From: Eledone cirrhosa
Taxonomy: Eukaryota
DNA: 64,000 bases
Assembly (NCBI GenBank): GCA_964016885.1
Contig: OZ024740.1
Location: 70,060,001-70,124,000, forward strand
Direction: 5' to 3'
Part shown: one piece after another, positions 16,642 to 28,422 of the stretch
Layout of the letters: the number at the start of each line of letters is the position of its first letter
How positions within the stretch are numbered: the first letter of the stretch is position 1
Translations under genes and position numbers: made by a program
The notes under the pieces: model-generated
Seen by the model: the letters and a program-made list of their open reading frames with translations, nothing else
What the model was told of the DNA's origin: nothing
The model's database searches: none

Positions 16642-16682
16642 CGATGTACTAGTTTCAAGCTTATTAACTATCCTCAGCATCG
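16642..16682 (-). ncRNA. Minimal type I hammerhead ribozyme with intact core, in the last satellite monomer
   Basis: Minus strand reads CGATG-CTGAGGA-TAGTT AATA AGCTT-GAAA-CTAG-TA-CATCG. The changes relative to 16200 are at the variable N7 position and a G-U pair in stem II, both tolerated. Stem I can extend via CAGGAA/TTCCTG. Confidence 0.85.
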
Positions 16683-16743
16683 TATACCTTCCTGCCAAAT
16701 TATTGAACGTATGAAACTATATACTTTCCTTATGCATATTAAC

Positions 16744-17146
16744 GATATCGTTTTCGGTGTGCCCGGCCGACTGAACTCACTCGATATGCAAATTAGACTG
16801 CTCAGCTGTTAATATGCATAAGGAAATTATATACTTTCAGACGTTCAACCATCTGGCAGGAAGGTATACGATGATGACGATAGCTAATAAGCTTGTAACT
16901 AGTACATCGTTCCTGTGTCAGTGTTGAACAAAAAGTGACGTGGTTGCCTAAACACTGTACGGCATAATTCGGGCTGTTTGTTTGTTTACAAACAAACAAA
17001 CCGAGCATTATAATAAATGTTCGTTTAACCGATACGTGCATATATATATATATGTGTGCATGTGTGTATATATATGCATACTACTGTACGTCTGTATACA
17101 TATATGAATGTACGTATACATACATACATACATACATACTTGCATT

Positions 17147-17147
<1 letters not shown>
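16744..17147 (+). repeat. Inverted partial satellite monomer terminating the array
   Basis: Reverse complement of the monomer (ATCGTTTTCGGTGTGCCCGGCCG...). Its HHR copy near 16869-16909 is mutated (ATGACGA, GTAA). It ends in (TA)n. Confidence 0.93.
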
Positions 17148-17178
<31 letters not shown>

Positions 17179-17188
17179 TAAAAGAATC

Positions 17189-17391
17189 GATCGACTTTCG
17201 TCATATCGGACCGAGGAAACAATGTTTTCGTCGTCTTTCCAGTTGCGAATACTATCTATCGGTTGCAACTCCAGGTAGAAGGAGCAACATGAACTAAAGT
17301 GGACATAACGCATCGCCCGGTCCAGGAATCGAAATGACAACCTCAACATTGTGAATCCAATTCTCTAACCACTCAGCCGGCACACGCCTTC
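17189..17391 (-). mobile_element. tRNA-derived SINE, same family as 53226-53418
   Basis: Minus strand has an A-box-like GCTGAGTGGTTAG and a B-box-like TTCGATTCC. It shares its body and 3' hairpin with the copy at 53226. Confidence 0.75.
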
Positions 17392-17734
17392 ACATACATA
17401 TATATATATGTGTGTGTGTGTGAGTGCGTGTGTCTGTGTGTGTGTATGACTATACATACATACATACGTACATACACAGATACATACATCATTTTCTTGT
17501 TTCCAAGATAAAAGAAAACCATTAATTAAGATTGGAAAATTAATCCCTCTATAAGCATGTCACATGACATTATATTTGTAGCATAATATAATGTAATTGA
17601 TTCACATTATCGTTATTAGAATCAATGCTGCTGATACGAGTATGTATGTGTGCGCGTATATATGTCCGTCTGTATACATATAAATATATATATGTATGTG
17701 TGTGTGCTTGTATAAATATACATTTATTTATATA

Positions 17735-17799
<65 letters not shown>

Positions 17800-17806
<7 letters not shown>

Positions 17807-18497
17807 TATATCAGTATAAATACAGAGTGCGTGATCGAGACTGCACTAGGGTGTATAAATATATACACATATCTAATATGTAGGCATGTAAACATACCAG
17901 AAAATAAGAATTTTCTTGCAAATTGAAAAAAAATGATAAACATCATTACTCGATTTTCGGTTCTTATTGAGCCCTCATCAGGAGATGTGTATAATCATCC
18001 GATCAATCTCAATGAATTTTTTACTTGATGTGTGTATATATACCCATTCGCTCTTAGTGTTATTCTGAAATGAACATACTAATTTGCATATAATTAGCGA
18101 TCGTGTTGGTAATTAATTAAGTTATATAGTAATAAGTGCGCTAGCTGTCGAAGCGTATGATAAAATTATATCTGTTTAAATACAGATTGTTATCGAGACT
18201 CCACCCGCATGTATAAATATATACAGATATTTATTATGTAAGCATGCAAACAAGCAAGGAAATACGAATCTCCTTGTAAATTGAAAAGATACATATTTCC
18301 TTTTCTTTGATTGGATGATGTGGCATTAAGATCCGAAATCTATTAAAGGTGTTTATCATTTTTTTCTTTTTAATTTACCGGGATATTCGTATTTTCTACC
18401 TTGTTTATATGCCTATATAGGAGATATGTGTATATATTTATACACGTTAGTGCAGTCTTCGTTTCACACTCTGTATTTATATCGATATGACTTTATC
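17800..18497. repeat. Old non-coding direct-plus-inverted repeat (PLE pseudo-LTR or retrozyme-like) with a degenerate HHR
   Basis: 17800-17950 is repeated directly at ~18160-18290 and inverted at ~18340-18497. Minus strand at ~17941-17987 reads CTGATGA-GGGCTC AATAA GAACC-GAAA-ATCGAG-TA. A related fragment lies at ~28070-28165. Confidence 0.55.
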
Positions 18498-18533
18498 AAT
18501 CACTTCTGCTGCTAGCATATTTCTTACTATATG

Positions 18534-18666
<133 letters not shown>

Positions 18667-18706
18667 ATCTGTACATGCATATGTGTGTACCTATGTGTAT
18701 AGACGA

Positions 18707-19578
18707 ATGAAGTTTGTCAAAAAAGTATGTGATTTTATTTTCCTCTGAGGGAAATACTTACATATAGGGTGTATGTGGCACTGCATACAATCATGCATGT
18801 TCGTGGTTTTGGTGAGCTTGCTGGATGCGTTTGTCGTTGTCAGGCAGATGGTGTTTATCATGCTGCACTAATTACTCCTCACGTTTTCATTTCAGTATAT
18901 AGTGCAAACAAAGAATCTTTTTATTTTTAATACTGTGATGATCGGAGATGAGATGAGTGAACAATGCGACCCGAAAATCAAAGCTGTCATCATAGGGGAA
19001 GCATCTAGCCTCACCAACACTCCCAAAATCACTTCAGGTTTAGAGTATAGTAAAGCTAATGCATTAACGAGACGATGTGGATTACGAATATTCACCAGAA
19101 GAACTAAGAAATTAGAAAAAGGTAATTTCAGGAGTTCCTCCGATGTCTTTGTTGTGCTGTTTGACACAGCAGTTCGGATATGTGGGGCTCGCAAAACTAG
19201 CAGCTGCAACATGCCAAAGCTTCGGATCATTTGTTGCAACTAATTCACTGTTTCCTGACAAAGAAAATCATTTCACTCATTCGCCATCTCCTTATCCTCC
19301 AGACACTGCTCTATATGATTTCTAGTGGCTCCAAAAAATGAAGATGCCACTGAAAGTCCTTTGCTTTTGGGAGCCGAGATGAAATCATATGGACTGCGAT
19401 AGCTGAGCTCATAGTAATTCTGAAAGAAGCACCCTGGATGTACTCCAAACAGTGAAAATATTGTTGGGTTCTGTTGAGACACGAGAGGCTTCCTTGAAAC
19501 GAAATTTGCAAGTGGATCCCAACAATACGTAGTTTTTTCCTTAGCCCCCAGTCGGATACTTCTTTTTAAATACCTCAT
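18707..19578 (+). mobile_element. Degenerate mariner (Tc1/mariner) DNA transposon
   Basis: Decayed transposase motifs: TVMIGDEMSEQCDPKIK resembles IVTGDETWVYxYDPETK, and HSPSPYPPDTALYDF*WLQKMK resembles HPPYSPDLAPxDFWLFPKMK. Imperfect TIRs ATGAAGTTTGTCAAAAAAGTATGTGATT / AGTCGGATACTTCTTTTTAAATACCTCAT. Confidence 0.72.
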
Positions 19579-19711
19579 CATACTTGATGACACTATGATA
19601 AACAGGGGAACTCCAGAGTAACAAGTCTCACTATTTAGCCTTAATGAAAAAGAATATCCAAACTCTGCTTTGACATTGAGTCCGCTTTTCTCTCAGTCAA
19701 CTACATACGGA

Positions 19712-19819
<108 letters not shown>

Positions 19820-19861
19820 TATATTTATTTATTTATTTATATATTTATATATGTATATATA

Positions 19862-20146
19862 CATTAGTTAAGCAAAACAAGACCACAAATTTCACAAGGA
19901 AGACATTATTAAAAGATTGTCAGCATATTTTAGTTTGATGTAAGGAATGTAGAGAATAATAATAGTAATAATATTAATAATAATAATGTCCGTTTACAAT
20001 TGTTTCGCTACTCCATATAATATTTCTGGATCAGATGCATATATATCATAATTGATCTGGTTCAGTTGAAAATAATTAACATATTTAAAGAACAAAGCGG
20101 CTCATCGGAACTTCAAAGGAACTCATCGGAACTTCATTAAAATAAT
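19862..20146 (-). mobile_element. Distal part of the inverted 5' copy of Penelope-like element 1 (pseudo-LTR end), separated from the rest by the Tx1 insertion
   Basis: Reverse complement of ~26428-26712. Confidence 0.9.
19992..20111 (-). ncRNA. Hammerhead ribozyme variant (CCGAUGA core, long stem II); inverted copy of 26463-26582
   Basis: Minus strand reads GTT-CCGATGA-GCCGC...GTAGC-GAAA-CAATTG-TA-AAC. Confidence 0.65.
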
Positions 20147-22966
20147 GATTTCTTTAAAAAGAAAAACATCACAGACGGAACAGAACGGTACGATGTGGGT
20201 TTTGTGCGTGTAAATATTTTTTATTATTTATATAAGAAAAGAAAAAAGACATAAAACATATATATATATAAACAATAAAATGAAAATAGAAACAATGAAA
20301 AATTCCCCAATAGGGGGGAAACCTCCGTGGGTTACTCGTGGCGAAAACCACACAAAAGACGACGGCCACCCTGACCACCAGGGAAAGCGCCCTCTCTCAA
20401 TTTTCCATACTTCAAACTACAAGCGTATATCCAGTGCGGTCCTCTTGACTCGGACCATTCTCGGTACATTCACCCACCTTTCAACAGACTTGCTAGAAGA
20501 CAGCACTTGCCTCTCCACCCTGATTTTCCTCTTCAAGTGAAACTTGAAAAAGTTAATCAGGGATTCGCCGAAGAGGAAAGTGTCTGTCTTTAACCCTATC
20601 AACCTTGTCCACCACACAATCTCTTTCGCCATGGCCACCAGACAGATGAAAACCGCCTGCCCTTGCTCCTCGAAGGAAGACGGCGAGACCATCTGCACAA
20701 TGGACTCAGTCGATAACCGGATCGGTCCTGCACGCGACAACAACTGTTCGACATAGCTCCACAAGTCAGCAATGCCCGGGCACTGAACGAGTGCGTGCAC
20801 GACGGTTTCGTCGCTCTGCGCGCATCTCGGACAGGCTCGGCTGACGGCACTTCCGTGCCTGTAGAGCTTATCTCGAACCGGCAGCGCTCCCCGGTAGCAC
20901 TGCCAGGCCAGGGATTTTTTGGAAGTTATCCATAGGCCCCGGGCTGAAAGTTCTCCGGAAGAGAGCAAGCAGCTGATCTTCTTCGACGCCCAGGATCTCT
21001 CCGAGAACGTCGTCGCTCTTCCCTTCCACTAGTCCTCTATAGAACGCCGAGGTGGATGTTCCACCGATACTGGTGCCCAACTGGGAGAGGGCAGTGAGCG
21101 CCTGGAGACATTCCAGTTTCCAAGCGCTATCCCTCGGTCTTTTTCTGACCCAGGACTGCAGCTCCGTCAAGGAGACGAGCTGTGGGAAAATGTGCCTGGC
21201 GAACGGCGACCACACCCGTTCACCATCAAGGAAGCATCAGAGATGTCGCAGCCTCAGCGTATGTTTGCGCATCATCAGTCATGGCATTCCCAGTCCTCCA
21301 CGCAACGGGTGTTGACAGCAGGTGGATCGTCTGACCATGGGAGCGCGTCCCTTCCACAAAAACCGGAAGAGGAGGCGCTCCATTTTGGTGAGAGTTGGGC
21401 TGGAGCAAGGGACGACGGTGAGGCGGTAGCAGATGGCGGATGTGATGTACGCATTCGCCACTTCCGCCCGGCCTTTCAGGGACAGCTTCCTCTCAGCCCA
21501 TTTCTGGGTGAGGGAGGCCACCCTGCTCGTCACCCGTTCCAGTTTTTCTCCATCTGGAGGTCCGGTCCGAACCAGACCCCGAGCAATTTAACCGGTCCGT
21601 CCGTCCAACGCCCCACCACGCTGTCGGACGGCATGGACTTGCCTCTCCAGGTGCCTAGCTGCAAGCCCACCGACTTTTCCTGGTTTATCTTTGCTCCTGT
21701 CACCGTTTCGTATTCCTTGAGCGCGGTGCCGAGCATCTGGACGTGCCTGGTGCTCGATACCACCACGGCGACGTCGTCAGCGTAAGCCGACTCGGATTTC
21801 CCACATCCTAATTCGCGTGGGACGCCCTTCATCGCCCCCAGTTTGTGCAGTAACGGCTCGAGAGCCAATATGTACAAGAGGGACGAGAGGGGACAACCCT
21901 GGCAAACTGAGCGCATGATGCTGAACGGCTGCGACAGGTGACCGTTCACCCTCACAACTGAGCAGATGTCGCTGTACATTGCTGCGATCCAACGCCTGAA
22001 AACGGGCCCGAGGCCGGCTGCCTCGAGGACCGCCGCCAGGTACCGATGGTCGACCCTATCGAATGCTTTGGATTGATCCAAGTTGATCAGGGCCCCACCC
22101 TTGCCAGGTTCCTTAACCACCCTCTCTATGATGTATCGCATGAGGTGGAGGTTGTCGTGTATGGATCTGTCCGGGATGGCGCATGTCTGCGCCTCTCCCA
22201 CCAGACCCTTGACGACAAGCGCCAACCTCGTTGCTAACACCTTGGCCAAAATCTTGAACTCTGCATTTAGCAGAGTTATGGGCCTGAAATTATCAATAAC
22301 ATCCCCCTTGTTCGGGTCTTTTCTCAGCAGCGCCAATGCTCCCCGGCTCACAAAACTGGGAATGCTCCCGTTCTGCTGCCAGTTACAGTAGACGTCTGCC
22401 AAGAGGTCCCGAACAAGTCTGGCATAAATGCATAAAGCTCGTAGGGTAGACCATCTAAACCTGGCGATTTACCTCTTGTACAGTTAGCCATCGCTTCCCG
22501 TATTTCACCGGCTGTTATTGGCTTTTCGCAACACTGTGCTGCGGTCGTCGAGAGCCGAGGCAGTCCGTCGAGGTATGCACTGAAGTCCATGTCCCGATCC
22601 GGGCCGCCGCCGCTCCCGAACAGTTCAGCAAAGTGCTGCTGAAAAGCTTCACACATCCGCTCGGGTTCGAGCATCACGCACCCGTTTTGGTCAGACAAAG
22701 ACCGAATTGTGGCTTTATTGCCACGTCGCGCCTCTGCCACCTGGGCCCATTGGACGGCTTTTGTCCCCTCGTGTTTCTGAGTACGCGCTCTAGCTCTGAC
22801 AACGCAGCCTTCGTGTTTTGCGTTGAAGAATTGGTCGAGTGCCAATCTCGCCGCAAGCACCTCGGTTGCGATGCCTGTCCTAAACGCCTCTTCTAGCTTT
22901 CTGACTAGCTCACCCTCTACTCTATTTTCCTCTATCACTACTCCTTTGCTAAACCTAATCGACTTT
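20147..22966 (-). mobile_element. 5'-truncated Tx1/L1-clade non-LTR retrotransposon with an 11-bp target-site duplication
   Basis: ATTAAAATAAT flanks both ends (20136-20146 and 22967-22977). The uninterrupted target is visible in the sense pLTR copy near 26428-26438. Confidence 0.92.
20417..22938 (-). pseudogene. Frameshifted ORF2 (reverse transcriptase plus C-terminal zf-RVT) of Tx1-like LINE
   Basis: ORF pieces contain KSPGLDGLPYELY, FRPITLLNAEFKILAK, LDQSKAFDRVDH, QGCPLS, AYADD and CPRCAQSDETVVHALVQC, spread over several frames. Confidence 0.93.
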
Positions 22967-24156
22967 ATTAAAATAATAAGAGAATGTTACATAATATAAT
23001 GTTCCATATATTGGTTTTTCACTATGGTGTCTTGGTTGCATCAGTTGTCAGCCATAATCAAGCAGTATTCATCTGACGAGGCTGCATTGTGTGAGATCTG
23101 CCTATGGTTAACAAGATGACTGCCAAAGTACATATTTACCTTACTAATTAGAGTGTGGTTTCAGGGGAAGTAACTCCTCGAGAGATTAGAAATTGTGGGT
23201 AGTTTATAGTTAAGTGCTAATTTTTTAATTTTTTAATTGAGAGACAATGTAGGGGAGGTAACTTATAATTATCTAAGTTAGTCATAGCTATTTAACTTAT
23301 TAGCTACAAGTAAAAATGGGGCTAGATGACTAAGTTGGGTCAAATATTCTATTGGCGAAGGAATTAGCCCTTCGATGTTGACAGCTAATAGTTACCTCCG
23401 TTCTATCGTTAATCGGTAGAGGTCGTGATAGAGTTATGTAATATGCTTCGGTAAGACAGAGGTCACAAGAGTTTCTTCGTCCATTGAACGGTTGGGCCCT
23501 AGCCAAGATATCCCATTTTAGTGAGTGTTGAACGTTGCTTAATTTAAGGTTTTTAATGCGCCTACCTAGCGATGTCGAACATCTATTGCTAAGGTCTCGG
23601 AAGGAAAAAGAGTGCGCGTTATAGCGTACCTTAAAAGGGTTAGAGGTAGACCCGATATAAGAGCTGGTATTCGAAGCAGTTTCAACCGTGCACCTATAGA
23701 CTATGTTGGGTGTCAGGCAGTGTCCATTTAAGGGGCATGCATTAGGGTAACGGCAGTTGCAGTTGCTTCTGCGGTTAGTGAGAGTAGGGTAATTTAACCT
23801 AAGCGGTAGGTCAGTGCTAGAAGGATTAGATGGGGGAGGTCTGCTACTAGAGTAATTATTGGTGTAGTGGCGTGGTGTATTTGATAGGGGTGGTGGTACC
23901 GCGGTGTGAGAGTTATACTGTCTTAGTTTATGATGGTTACTGAATGCGATGTGGCTAGCTAGGTTAGGTGTTGTGGAGAATGAGATTTTAATGTTATTTT
24001 TATTAAAGAGTTTGTAATATCTATGGTTGGGGGGGATGTTTAGATAGGATAGAGAAGACGCGTTTAGGGATATTAGTGGCTAGACTAGATGAGAATGGGG
24101 GGGGGGTTAAACCAGGTGATATTTCTAGGTCTATTCCTTCTAGGGGTTCTAGTGGA
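22967..24156 (-). mobile_element. Inverted 5' duplicate of the 3' part of Penelope-like element 1 (GIY-YIG region plus 3' UTR)
   Basis: Near-exact reverse complement of 25245-~26438. Confidence 0.92.
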
Positions 24157-26074
24157 AATAGATATGGATTTATCACCTGCAAGAACCCCCCGCACAACAT
24201 CCTGCTGGACCCTTTTGAGAAAGATCTATTCAACTTCGTCAGGAGTATTAAATTCAAAAAGCATTATAGACACAAGAATAATTTCCTTACTAAATTAGCA
24301 ACAACTATAAACAAATTTAAAGATAGCAACCTCTTACTTGTTATGTCTGACAAAACTAAAAATCTATACACCATGACTCCTGCATTAACCCTAGCCAGCA
24401 CCAACTCGGACATAACCAATAATGAGATTAACATCATACTTATGGCTAGGCAGACTATCATTGAATTCAACGGTGCACTCTGGACTGGAAAAGATGGAAC
24501 AGACAACTTTGACATCACGATGGGCTCAAATGACTCTGCGCAAATCACCGATTTAGTTGGAATTTACCTATTACATAACATCAGAGTCGAAATGCAACCC
24601 TTGCAAGACGGAATATACAGGGACGACGCCCTATTTGCAGTCCAAAATTGCACTAATCGGGGCATTGATTTGCTAAAAAAAAACAATTACATAGATTCTT
24701 TAAAAATAACGGTCTCTCTATCACCATCGAGCCGAACCATAAAGTAGTAAACTTCCTAGACGTCACCCAGAATCTCAACAATAACCTATATTACCCTTAC
24801 CATAAACCAGGTGAAATACTCACATATATTAGCCCATACTCTAACAACCCACCGGCAGTCATCAGAGAAGTAATCAAATCTATCTCGTATAGGATCTCAA
24901 TGCTATCAGCAAATGAGGAGATATTTATAAACCATGCACAATATTATAATAAGGCTCTTTCTGAATCTGGTTCTGGACAATCAATTTATTACATACCTAA
25001 ATGCCATAACACAGCAATTCACCATAATAAACTTAACACTAGAACTAGAAATACCTTAGCATATAGCCAGATTCGCCGGAATTTTAGCAGTAACAGCACC
25101 TATACAGGGAAGTTTAATGGTGGCAACGGCCTGCTCCCCACTCCAAGTAGCAAACTAAAAATCAACCCTAGAATAGGAATGAGAAATGGGATGACAAATA
25201 ACAAATTTCCAGGTAATAATAACCATAGGAAGGCCCCTACCAACTCCACTAGAACCCCTAGAAGGAATAGACCTAGAAATATCACCTGGCTTAACCCTTC
25301 ATTCTCATCTAATCTAGCCACTAATATCCCTAAACGCTTCTTCTCTATCCTATCTAACCCCCCCCCCCCCCCGCCAACCATAGATATTACAAACTCTTTA
25401 ATAAAAATAACATTAAAATCTCATTCTCCACAACACCTAACCTAGCTAGCCACATCGCATCAGTAACCATGATAAACTAAGACAATATAACTCCCACACC
25501 GCGGTACCACCACCCCTATCAAATACACCACGCCACTACACCAATAATTACTCTAGTAACACACCTCCCCCATCTAATCCTTCTAGCACTGACCTACCGC
25601 TTAGGTTAAACTACCCTGCTCTCACTAACCGCAGAAGCAACTGCAACTGCCGTTACCCTAATGTATACCCATTAAATGGACACTGCCTGACACCCAACAT
25701 AGTCTATAGGTGCACGGTTGAAACTGCTTCGAATACCAGCTCTTATATCGGGTCTACCTCTAACCCTTTTAAGGTACGCTATAACGCGCACTCTTTTTCC
25801 TTCCGAGACCGTAGAAATAGATGTTCGACATCGCTAGCTAGGCTCATTAGAAAACCTTAAATTAAGCAACGTTCAACACTCACTAAAATGGGATATCTTG
25901 GCTAGGGCCCAACCGTTCAATGGACGAAGAAAATCTTGTGATCTCTGTATTACAGAAGCATATTATATAACTCTATCACGACCTCTACCGATTAACGATA
26001 GAACGGAGGTAACTATTAGCTGTCAACATCGAAGGGCTAATTGCTTCGCCAATAGAATATTTGACCCAACTTAG
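24157..26074 (+). pseudogene. Disrupted Penelope RT-GIY-YIG ORF
   Basis: SDKTKNLY, FDITMGSNDSAQITDLVGIYLL, IYRDDAL, VNFLDVT, ITWLNPSFS, then CNC...CLTPNIVYRCTV...SYIGST...FKVRYNAH...CDLCITE. Stop TAG at 26072-26074. Several frameshifts. Confidence 0.92.
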
Positions 26075-26462
26075 TCATCTAGCTCCATTTTTACTTGTAG
26101 CTAATAAGTTAAATAGCTATGACTAACTTAGATAATTATAAGTTACCTCCCCTACATTGTCTCTCAATTAAAAAATTAAAAAAATTAGCACTTAACTATA
26201 AACTACCCACAATTTCTAATCTCTAGAGGAGTTACTTCCCCTGAAACCACCCTCTAATTAGTAAGGTAAATATGTCCTTTGGCAGCCATCTTGTTACCCA
26301 TAGGCAGATCTCACACAATGCAATCTCGACAGATGAATACTGCTTGATTATGGCTGACAACTGATGCAACCAAGACACCATAGTGAAAAACCAATATATG
26401 GAACATTATATTATGTAACATTCTCTTATTATTTTAATGAAGTTCCGATGAGTTCCTTTGAA

Positions 26463-26582
26463 GTTCCGATGAGCCGCTCTGTTCTTTAAATATGTTAATT
26501 ATTTTCAACTGAACCAGATCAATTATGATATATAGTCATCTGATCCAGAAATATCATATGGAGTAGCGAAACAATTGTAAAC
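26463..26582 (+). ncRNA. Hammerhead ribozyme variant in the pseudo-LTR of Penelope element 1
   Basis: GTT-CCGATGA-GCCGCTCT...~80 nt...GGAGTAGC-GAAA-CAATTG-TA-AAC. U4C core variant, palindromic ACAATTGT helix III, GUA site, 3-bp stem I. Confidence 0.68.
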
Positions 26583-26959
26583 GGACATTATTATTATTAT
26601 TAATATTATTATTATTATTTTCTACATGCCTTACATCAAACTAAAATATGTTGACAATCTTTTAATAATGTCTTCCTTGTGAAATTTGTGGTCTTGTTTT
26701 GCTTAACTAATGAATATTTCCAGCTCTGCGCACCTAACTTCTGCATGAACCCAGCCACCTAGCTGCTTTCTACTGCATATTGCACATTGAGCACATGCCT
26801 TTACGCTTTGGCTTCTAACTAATTCACCAATCTCTCCTCTCATGTCTCCTCTCCTATCTCCATCTCTCTCTTTAAGATTGGTTACTCTTGAACTGTGTAT
26901 ATATATATATATGTATATATATATACATATATATGTTTGTGTGTGTGTGTGTGTGTGTT

Positions 26960-26990
<31 letters not shown>

Positions 26991-27329
26991 TATTTGTGTT
27001 ATTTTATCATAAAATGTTCATCTTAACTGTATCTGTAAGTATTTTAGCCTATTAGTAGAATTTAAAGTAGTATTTATATTCTGTATTTGTATCTTTGTCT
27101 ACATCTACATCAATACAGGAAGAGTTATATCGGTATCACATATATCTTTTGTTTTGTTTTGTTTTTGTTGTTGTTTTATTTTACTTATTTTTCTTTTCAT
27201 TCTTCAATTTTCTTTGCTGTACATATTTCCTAGACAAACCTAATTGTATCATTAGTCACTGCAGTAGTGTTTGGCTGTATAGTTTGTGTGTTTAACGCCC
27301 AATGCTAGTTTTACCACTTCAACAAAGTG

Positions 27330-28050
27330 TTCATGTTCAGAGTGTGATAGAGGTCTTCTCAAATTTCGGTGAGTGTACTATGACCATAACTTAGACTATA
27401 CTTATATCAGTTTCTACGAGGTGTATTCCAGTCCTTTGATTAACAGAACAGCCTGCTCATGAAATTAGGCCTGTCGCCAAGGGCACTGCTTCACACAGCC
27501 CTTACAACTTTTTAATGGTGTACCCTCAGGTTTAAATGGAGTTATAACAAATTGTCCTGCGTTCTTTCAAGTCTTGACTTTAGTAGTTTTGGGTTGTTCT
27601 TTTTTCTCAAAACGAGAACTAATTACAAACATACATTTAAAGAAACGGTTAACCCAAGAGATTGGTCAAATATGTTCCTAAGGAATTGGAGTACCTACCG
27701 GCAATGTTTTGAATCCCCCACCGCTATACACCTAAGCCTGCTAACTAGCCTTTATGAAATTAAGGCGTAAGTACCTGAGCATTGCAGAGGCACATGTTAA
27801 ACAGTTCTCAGGTTCAGAGTGTGATTAGGTAGATTTCTTGTCAGGTTTCGACGACTGAGATTTACAATAGTAGCAAGAACAAATCCTGGAATGGACCTCC
27901 GTCCGTTTGGACGATGAGTATCCAGTTATTTGATCAATGAACAAGTAGTTCTGTATATTAAGGTGCAAGTGGCTGAATATTCCACAAACACGTGTGACGT
28001 TAATGTAATTCTGAGTGAGATTCAGCCTGACACATTATGAGGCAAGAATG
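27330..28050 (+). repeat. Decayed dispersed repeat fragments (SINE-like)
   Basis: GTTCAGAGTGTGAT and GT(G)TAT(T)CCAGT..TTTGAT.AA..GAACA recur at ~27335-27470 and ~27810-27950. The family was not established. Confidence 0.35.
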
Positions 28051-28315
28051 ATTCGGAATATATATCTTCAGTAATTATCAATACAAGCGCTAATTATAGG
28101 CAAATTAGTACGCCCATTTCAGAATAATTCTAAGAGCGAATGGGTATATAAGCCCATCAAATGAATGTTTCCATGTGGATAATCTACACGCCTTCTGATT
28201 ACATGGCTACATATTAAATGTGTATATTTATATACGCATTTGTACAGTCCCGGTTACTCCCTCAGTATGTATACAGACAATTTTATCGTACAATTCGAGA
28301 GCTAAATCACATCTT

Positions 28316-28422
<107 letters not shown>

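Larger units (their letters stand above)
1..16743 (-). repeat. Satellite array of ~38 monomers of ~440 bp, organised as a 3,964-bp 9-mer higher-order repeat; each monomer contains a hammerhead ribozyme motif on the minus strand
   Basis: The variant monomer start CATATTAACAGCTGAGCAGCCAAATTTG recurs at 1, 3965, 7929 and 10581. ORF-track peptides repeat at a 3,964-bp period (73/4037/8001). The third unit is shortened to 6 monomers (2,652 bp). Five diverged monomers lie at 14545-16743. The array runs off the left edge of the window. Confidence 0.97.
24157..26712 (+). mobile_element. Penelope-like element 1, 5'-truncated and internally deleted
   Basis: PLE RT, a GIY-YIG domain and a 3' pseudo-LTR with HHR, preceded by the inverted copy typical of PLE insertions. 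Confidence 0.92.

Noticed and set aside
1-16743. CRISPR array or tandem RNA-gene cluster (5S, tRNA, snRNA)
   Set aside because: There are no unique spacers and the context is eukaryotic. I could not recognise a tRNA, 5S, Sm-site or spliced-leader sequence in the monomer.
73-17041. Dozens of 60-95 aa ORFs in the satellite
   Set aside because: They are translations of the repeat with TA/CA microsatellite content, their frames are not conserved between monomers, and they show no domain.
24076-24156. N-terminus of the 223-aa ORF at 24076
   Set aside because: It is antisense sequence of the inverted duplicate fused at the junction, not the real Penelope N-terminus.
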